A stretch of DNA of 63,987 nucleotides, filler included, from Nitrospirota bacterium (lineage in GTDB: Bacteria > UBA2233), in the NCBI GenBank assembly GCA_011620345.1. It is 5 parts of 5 records of this genome, joined end to end, with 100 filler letters (N's around TTAATTAATTAA, not from the genome) between each part and the next. Parts side by side here need not be neighbours in the genome. Positions count along the whole stretch, not along the records: positions 55,682 to 63,987 come from WOZJ01000044.1; 4 more parts are not named here. One strand, 5' to 3'. The notes beneath the pieces were generated by a model, which searched no databases, was not told the origin of the DNA, and saw only the letters and a program-made list of their open reading frames with translations. This document shows, piece after piece, positions 58,759 through 63,987 of this stretch (positions are counted from its first letter, which is position 1; every line of letters starts with the position of its first letter). A program made the translations under genes and the position numbers.

Positions 58759-59619
58759 CTAGGGGTTGATGGCGGGAGGAACGGCAAGAATCTTTTCAAT
58801 CTTGGAATCGAAGCTGAGAAATCCGCTTTTCATGTGCACGCTCGAGACCTCCTGAATGATCGCCCGGAGATCGGGGGCATACCATTGGGTAGTTTCGGTG
58901 CGGGTATGAACGCGCCGAAGCCCTGCCCCGGTTGTCACCTCGAACAAATTCGTAACAGGGAAGGCCTTCCAGCTTCCAGCCGGCGTCTTGACGACCTTTT
59001 GATTGCCCACAGATGTGGTGACCACCGCCCGGTCACGCTCTCCATCCGGCGAGAGGTAGGTTCTTAGTATAGGCACGCCGGAATCGCGGACATAAATGGC
59101 ATAGCCCCCATCCCGTTTTTCTTGAAACCCGGGGGTTATTTGGGCGGGCATCCACATAGGAAGGCTCTGATAGGCCTTGAACTCGCCCGTCGCGTTCTTT
59201 CGGTAGAAGAAACGAAGTCCGTCTTTGTCGATCACGTAGTAGTGATCGGCCGTGGCTTCTTTCACTTCTTTGTTTTCGGTATGAATCCAGATGCAAGGCC
59301 CTTTTTTGGCCAGAATTTTGCCGTCTTTCATTTTCGCTTCTACCAGGCCGATCTCGCCCTTGTAGGCGATGGTTTCCGTACTCTTCCCTGGCCGGCTCCA
59401 CAATACGAGCGCAGACGGGGTGCTCCCTTCCACGTTGACGCTGTAAGTCAGCGTTGTCCCAGGCTTAAGGACGGGAAGGTCTGGAACGGCCGAGGCGTAA
59501 AGAGGGGCGATGGGAACGGCAAGAAGCGCAGATGCCAGGATCAAGACAGCCTGCATTGCATAAGAAAAGGGGGTGTCTTTTCTTTGAGGGCATGATTGAC
59601 GGGTTGCGGAAACAGGCAT
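58759..59619 (-). CDS. Hypothetical exported beta-rich protein
   Basis: SD AAGGAGG; hydrophobic signal-like segment; VKTPAGSW and QWYAP motifs; own terminator. Confidence 0.72.
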   Translation of the reverse strand: MPVSATRQSCPQRKDTPFSYAMQAVLILASALLAVPIAPLYASAVPDLPVLKPGTTLTYSVNVEGSTPSALVLWSRPGKSTETIAYKGEIGLVEAKMKDGKILAKKGPCIWIHTENKEVKEATADHYYVIDKDGLRFFYRKNATGEFKAYQSLPMWMPAQITPGFQEKRDGGYAIYVRDSGVPILRTYLSPDGERDRAVVTTSVGNQKVVKTPAGSWKAFPVTNLFEVTTGAGLRRVHTRTETTQWYAPDLRAIIQEVSSVHMKSGFLSFDSKIEKILAVPPAINP

Positions 59620-60124
59620 AAATCCTCCTTGGTTTAATCCATTGTTGAATACAACAATATGCGGGAGACGCGGTTAGGCGCAGGTTCATGGTCTTAGTAT
59701 ACATTCATCGCCCCTCCTAGGAAAGGGTGGGCGGGAGGTGTCGAGTTCCAAAAGAAAGCGCCTTGCCATAAGCTACTTGACGAAGATTGTTCATCTATTG
59801 ACGAGAAAAGGGCGTCAAAGCTTGGGCATTTGAACTACGCCTACTGGTATTGGGAGATGAGGCATATCCTCGCTTCTGCAAAGCGGGGGGTGATTTTGAT
59901 GAACACCTAGGGCGATGCTTTAGGCGTATTGCCAGAAAACGATGCCTTGCTGGTTTAATATATTCTCGAGCTTTTGGACGCCAAGGCGTAAAACACCTGT
60001 TATTACGCCAAAAGGCGAGATGCCTGTTTTTGCATCGTTAGTTCGTTTTTTGTGGGAGCTTCCCAAGTCTTTTCGGGACAGCGCGGTTTTCGCTAGAATG
60101 GACGAAACAACATTGGGTAAGGAC

Positions 60125-60922
60125 ATGACCGACGAATCCGGACAAGCTGAAAAAAGCGCAACAAGAACCCTTGAGGGTGCCTTGGGGGAACGAATGCAGG
60201 CGTTTCTCGAGGCGCTCGGCTTTCTAACGGTATTTCCCGTTTCCGGGCTCAAGGGCACGCCTTCCGAAGGCGTCGCTTTTTTCCCCCTCGTGGGGTTTTT
60301 GCTGGGCGCCATTTATGCTCTTTTATGGGTAGGCCCGCTCTCTGCGATGAGCCCAGAGCTTGCCGCGCTTGCCCTTTTGGGGCTCGATTTCGTCCTGACC
60401 CGCGGGCTGCATCTGGATGGGCTTTCCGATACCTTCGATGGGCTGTTTGCGACAAAGACAAAAAACGAACGCCTAGCCATTCTAGATGACACTCGAATCG
60501 GCTCATTCGGTGTTTTTGGCATCGTTTTTGGAGCCGTGGGGCTCGTGGCCGCGGTTTCCGCCTTACCCGGTGCCTGGCAGCTTCAAGGCATTCTCGGGTT
60601 TCCGCTTGTAGGAAGGCTTGCGCTTGTCCAGCTTGCTTATTTAGGGGAGCCTGCCAAAGAGTCGGGTCTTGGCTACGGCTTTCTTGCAGCTTTGCCCAAG
60701 TCTGGCTTGCTCGAAGCGCTCCTGGTAGGCGGAGGACTTCTTTTGCTCATCAAGCCAAGCCTCGTGTTTTTGGCCTGGGTCGTGGGCGTAACGTTTCTGT
60801 GGAGCGTCACCTGGGCCTGGGTTTGCCAAAGGGCGTTCGGAGGGATTACGGGGGACACGCTCGGCTGCCATGCCTTCCTTTCCTCTCTTTTGTACCTCGT
60901 TTCTTTGGTGTGCTTGACCTAA
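60125..60922 (+). CDS. cobS: Adenosylcobinamide-GDP ribazoletransferase (cobalamin synthase)
   Basis: FLT.FP, GLHLDGLSDTFDG, D.RIGSFG, GGITGDTLG; start uncertain (60098/60125/60194). Confidence 0.92.
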   Translation: MTDESGQAEKSATRTLEGALGERMQAFLEALGFLTVFPVSGLKGTPSEGVAFFPLVGFLLGAIYALLWVGPLSAMSPELAALALLGLDFVLTRGLHLDGLSDTFDGLFATKTKNERLAILDDTRIGSFGVFGIVFGAVGLVAAVSALPGAWQLQGILGFPLVGRLALVQLAYLGEPAKESGLGYGFLAALPKSGLLEALLVGGGLLLLIKPSLVFLAWVVGVTFLWSVTWAWVCQRAFGGITGDTLGCHAFLSSLLYLVSLVCLT

Positions 60923-60924
60923 AG

Positions 60925-62292
60925 ATGGTCCAGTCCCCCCTCGTCCAATTCATGCTGGCAGCCCCGTCTTCTGGGTCCGGCAAAACGCTCGCGTCGCTGC
61001 TTTTTGCCCGCATGCTCCGGAAAGCCGGCTTTACGCTTCAAACGTTCAAGGTTGGCCCGGATTTTATCGACCCCCTGCATTTGACGCGCGTGTCTGGAAG
61101 GCCATGTATCCAGCTCGATCGGTTCTTTTTGGACGAAGATCCGATCAAAGAGGTCTATGCCCGTTATAGCGAAGGGGCTGGCGCCGTGCTCATAGAGGGC
61201 ACGATGGGCCTGTTCGATGGCTCCTTAGGGGGCAAAGCCGATACCTCGAGCGCGGCCATCGCCAAGCTCCTTGGCGTGGGCGTCGTTTTGGTCGTGGATG
61301 TCGCCAAGATGGCCCAGTCCGCCGCGGCGCTCATTCATGGCTTTTCGAGCTATGACCCTAATGTGCGCCTTTTGGGCGCCGTGCTCAACCGCGTGGCCGG
61401 AAAAAGGCATGCCGAGGCGATCGTCGGGGAGCTCGAAGGCAGGCTTAAGATTCCCATCCTTGGGATTCTACCAAAGCTTGCCGACCCTCCGATTTTGGAA
61501 AGGCACTTGGGGCTCCATCTGGCGCACGAAACGGATTACGGCTTTTTGGAGACGTTAAGCCCTTGCTTGAACTTCTCTGAAAAGATCGAGGCAAGGCTAG
61601 GTTCTCGAGCGTTGCCCTTTCTTTCGGAAAAAAGACCCCGGCCCTCTCCTAGCCCAAGGTTTAGGCTAGGCGTGGCGCGAGACGAGGCGTTTCTTTTTTA
61701 CTACGAGGAAAACCTCGCATTCTTAACAGAGATTGGAATCGAGCTTGCATTCTTTTCCCCTTTAAACGACAGAACGTTGCCCGAAGGATTGGACGGGCTC
61801 TACCTTGGGGGAGGCTACCCGGAGCTCTTTGCCGAAAGGCTTTCCAAAAACGAGCCAATACTTAGGGACATCAGGGCGTTTGCGTCGTCAGGAAGGCCGG
61901 TATATGCCGAGTGCGGCGGCATGGCGTTGCTGGCCAGCGCGCTTTTGATCAAGGGCAAACGCTACCCCATGGCCGGAGTCTTGGATGCCGCCGTGGAGTT
62001 TCCAGCGGTCGGCAAGCGAATGGGCTACCGCAAGGTTCGCTTAAGGCAGGACTGCCTGTTAGGCAAGGCGGGGGATGAGCTCTTTGGCCACGAGTTCCAC
62101 TACTCCGGTCTTTTGGGCGAGGCGCAGGGAAAAGCCGCGCCCTACGAGCTATTCGATTCCTCCGGGGAAATGCTAGGCTATGAGGGAATAGCCCAAAAGA
62201 ACGTTTTGGCGAGCTACGTCCATCTCTATTTTCGTGCAACGCAGCAACATACAGAGGCGTCTTTCCTTAGTGCATTGGCGCAGGGCGCCTAA
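60925..62292 (+). CDS. cbiA: Cobyrinate a,c-diamide synthase
   Basis: SGSGKT, FKVGPDFIDP, EGTMGLFDG, GGGYPE, YAECGG, HEFHYS (CbiA/CobB). Confidence 0.93.
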   Translation: MVQSPLVQFMLAAPSSGSGKTLASLLFARMLRKAGFTLQTFKVGPDFIDPLHLTRVSGRPCIQLDRFFLDEDPIKEVYARYSEGAGAVLIEGTMGLFDGSLGGKADTSSAAIAKLLGVGVVLVVDVAKMAQSAAALIHGFSSYDPNVRLLGAVLNRVAGKRHAEAIVGELEGRLKIPILGILPKLADPPILERHLGLHLAHETDYGFLETLSPCLNFSEKIEARLGSRALPFLSEKRPRPSPSPRFRLGVARDEAFLFYYEENLAFLTEIGIELAFFSPLNDRTLPEGLDGLYLGGGYPELFAERLSKNEPILRDIRAFASSGRPVYAECGGMALLASALLIKGKRYPMAGVLDAAVEFPAVGKRMGYRKVRLRQDCLLGKAGDELFGHEFHYSGLLGEAQGKAAPYELFDSSGEMLGYEGIAQKNVLASYVHLYFRATQQHTEASFLSALAQGA

Positions 62293-62308
62293 AAAAAAGG
62301 GATAGCGC

Positions 62309-62698
62309 ATGCCCGAACCACTACAAGGCCTAATCCTCTTGGGCCACGGATCCCGCAGGCCTGAGCATAGCGATGTGCTCGAAGAAATGGCAAGGCTCTT
62401 GAAGCTCGAGTTTCCCGACTTAAGGGTCGAGTTGGCATTCATGTCCTTGTGCGAGCCCAACCTAGATGCGATCGCGGAACGGCTCATTGCGGGTGGGGCC
62501 TCGGAAATTACCGTCCTGCCTTGTTTTTTGTTCCGTGGGATTCATGTGACAGAGGACATTCCCGGGATGCTCGAAGGCCTGAAGGGGCGCTTCCCTTCCG
62601 TCCGGTTTATCCTTGCCGATACCCTCGGAGACCCAAAGCATCTAAGCCGCATCGCCAAAGAGCGCCTGCTTCTGGCATGGGGACAACATACCCCTTAA
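62309..62698 (+). CDS. cbiX: Short CbiX/SirB-type sirohydrochlorin chelatase
   Basis: GHGSR and GIHVTEDIP; single-domain length. Confidence 0.88.
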   Translation: MPEPLQGLILLGHGSRRPEHSDVLEEMARLLKLEFPDLRVELAFMSLCEPNLDAIAERLIAGGASEITVLPCFLFRGIHVTEDIPGMLEGLKGRFPSVRFILADTLGDPKHLSRIAKERLLLAWGQHTP

Positions 62699-62748
62699 GC
62701 CCGAGAGCTTCGGGTGGCCTGCCTCTTTTTTAAAGGTCGCGTGCAGCC

Positions 62749-63261
62749 TTATAAGGGGGATGGAATGTCAAGCGTATGGAATATCCATCGGGTCGTTCGC
62801 TCGATGGTTTCTTCGGTAATTATGGGGGCAGCGTCTTGGGGCCGCTCAAAAGGGCCGACGAGGAGCTTCGGGAGGGAACTTTCAAGCGGCGGGACTTCCG
62901 ATGGATCTTGTAAAACCCAGACCTGGGGCAGGGGGTAGTTTTTGTAGCCCTCGAGGACGACAAGGTCAGCCTCTTGCGAGAGTTCCGCAATCAACGCGCC
63001 CAGATCCTCCATGGGTTCTTTGGAAATCCTAAGCGTGCCCATGCGTTCGCTGACGACCCAAACGGTCCTTGCTCCCGCATCAAAGAACCGGCTTGAGTCC
63101 TTCCCAGGAGTCAGATGGAACCCGTGCGAGGCGTGCTTGATGACGGCGAGGCGAAGCCCGTCAGCGTTCAAGCGGACGATCAGCCTTTCAATCAGCGTAC
63201 TCTTGCCCACGTTTGCCCTTCCTGCGACCGCCAGGGCTTTTTTATGGAAGGCATCTTTCAT
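62749..63261 (-). CDS. mobB: Molybdopterin-guanine dinucleotide biosynthesis protein B
   Basis: GRANVGKST, IKH, GKDS, EGYK. Confidence 0.88.
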   Translation of the reverse strand: MKDAFHKKALAVAGRANVGKSTLIERLIVRLNADGLRLAVIKHASHGFHLTPGKDSSRFFDAGARTVWVVSERMGTLRISKEPMEDLGALIAELSQEADLVVLEGYKNYPLPQVWVLQDPSEVPPLESSLPKLLVGPFERPQDAAPIITEETIERTTRWIFHTLDIPSPL

Positions 63262-63279
63262 GTTTGGTATCCTCGATTA

Positions 63280-63963
63280 ATGATGAACACAAATGGCCCG
63301 ACATCGAACCCAAAAGATAGGGTTCTTCCTATCTTAGAGTCACTTAAGGGTGCCGTCAACGCGCTGAACGCTCCCGTCATCACTCTGCTTGCCGAAAAGG
63401 GCAAGGCTCCCTACAAGATCTTGATCGCGACCATTTTAAGCCTGAGGACGCAGGATAAAACCACCCACGGGGCGCTTGCACGCCTGTTTGAGGCGGCGCC
63501 TACGATCGAAAAAATTCTTGAGCTCGATGAGGCCGAAATCGCGCGCTTGATATATCCCGTAGGGTTCTACAGGCAAAAAGCAAGGCAGCTCAAGCAGGTA
63601 GCATTCATCCTTAAGGAGCGGTACCACGGGAACGTCCCAAACTCCGAAGAGGAGCTCTTAGAGCTGCCCGGCGTGGGCAAGAAAACGGCCGCGCTCGTCC
63701 TTGGGAAGGGGTTTGGGATCCCGGCCGTCTGCGTGGATACGCACGTCCACAGGATTTCGAACCGCCTCGGGCTTGTGAAGACAAAAACGCCCGAGCAAAC
63801 GCAGGCCGCCTTGATGGCTTTGCTTCCAAAACCTTTTTGGGTCGAATGGAACGACCTCTTGGTCGCTCTTGGCCAGACGCTTTGCCACCCGACCTCGCCT
63901 AAGTGTAGCGTTTGTCCGATCGCGGGGCTTTGTCCTAGAATGGGGGTCAAACGATCACGTTAG
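63280..63963 (+). CDS. nth: Endonuclease III
   Basis: HhH LPGVGKKTA, VDTHVHR, C-x6-C-x2-C-x5-C cluster motif; start ATG 63280 or 63283. Confidence 0.94.
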   Translation: MMNTNGPTSNPKDRVLPILESLKGAVNALNAPVITLLAEKGKAPYKILIATILSLRTQDKTTHGALARLFEAAPTIEKILELDEAEIARLIYPVGFYRQKARQLKQVAFILKERYHGNVPNSEEELLELPGVGKKTAALVLGKGFGIPAVCVDTHVHRISNRLGLVKTKTPEQTQAALMALLPKPFWVEWNDLLVALGQTLCHPTSPKCSVCPIAGLCPRMGVKRSR

Positions 63964-63987
63964 CTGGAACCTCCAATGCTTCCTAGC

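Overview
The window is not one locus. It is five contigs (1-14458, 14559-28422, 28523-42311, 42412-55581, 55682-63987) joined by artificial 100-bp N44-TTAATTAATTAA-N44 spacers; the three complete contigs decrease in length, as in a size-sorted draft genome or MAG of a moderately GC-rich Gram-negative bacterium. Contig 1: Cu/Ag resistance (P1B-1 ATPase CopA, CusCBA, a small stand-alone metal-binding protein), an acyl-CoA ligase, cysK, a ferredoxin and pabB/pabC-like genes. Contig 2: flagellar operon fliK-flgDE-flbD-motAB-fliLMNOPQR-flhBAFG with several non-canonical proteins. Contig 3: two RND efflux cassettes, an MFS pump, TetR and an NlpC/P60 lipoprotein. Contig 4: Mo-nitrogenase operon nifBHDKENX-DUF269-nifW-nifT-fdxB-nifX-like-nifI1I2-hesA-GAF histidine kinase. 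Contig 5: beta-carbonic anhydrase, acyl-CoA ligase, a secreted hypothetical protein, cobS-cobB-cbiX, mobB and nth. The best candidate for an undescribed system is the nif regulatory set-up. A Group I nitrogenase with aerobe-type accessory genes also carries anaerobe-type NifI1/I2 and a translationally coupled cytoplasmic GAF kinase. It sits behind a sigma54 promoter whose visible upstream region has an IHF-like site and two TGGTG-N6-CACCA palindromes rather than NifA TGT-N10-ACA sites. All calls are by motif recognition only; no searches were run.
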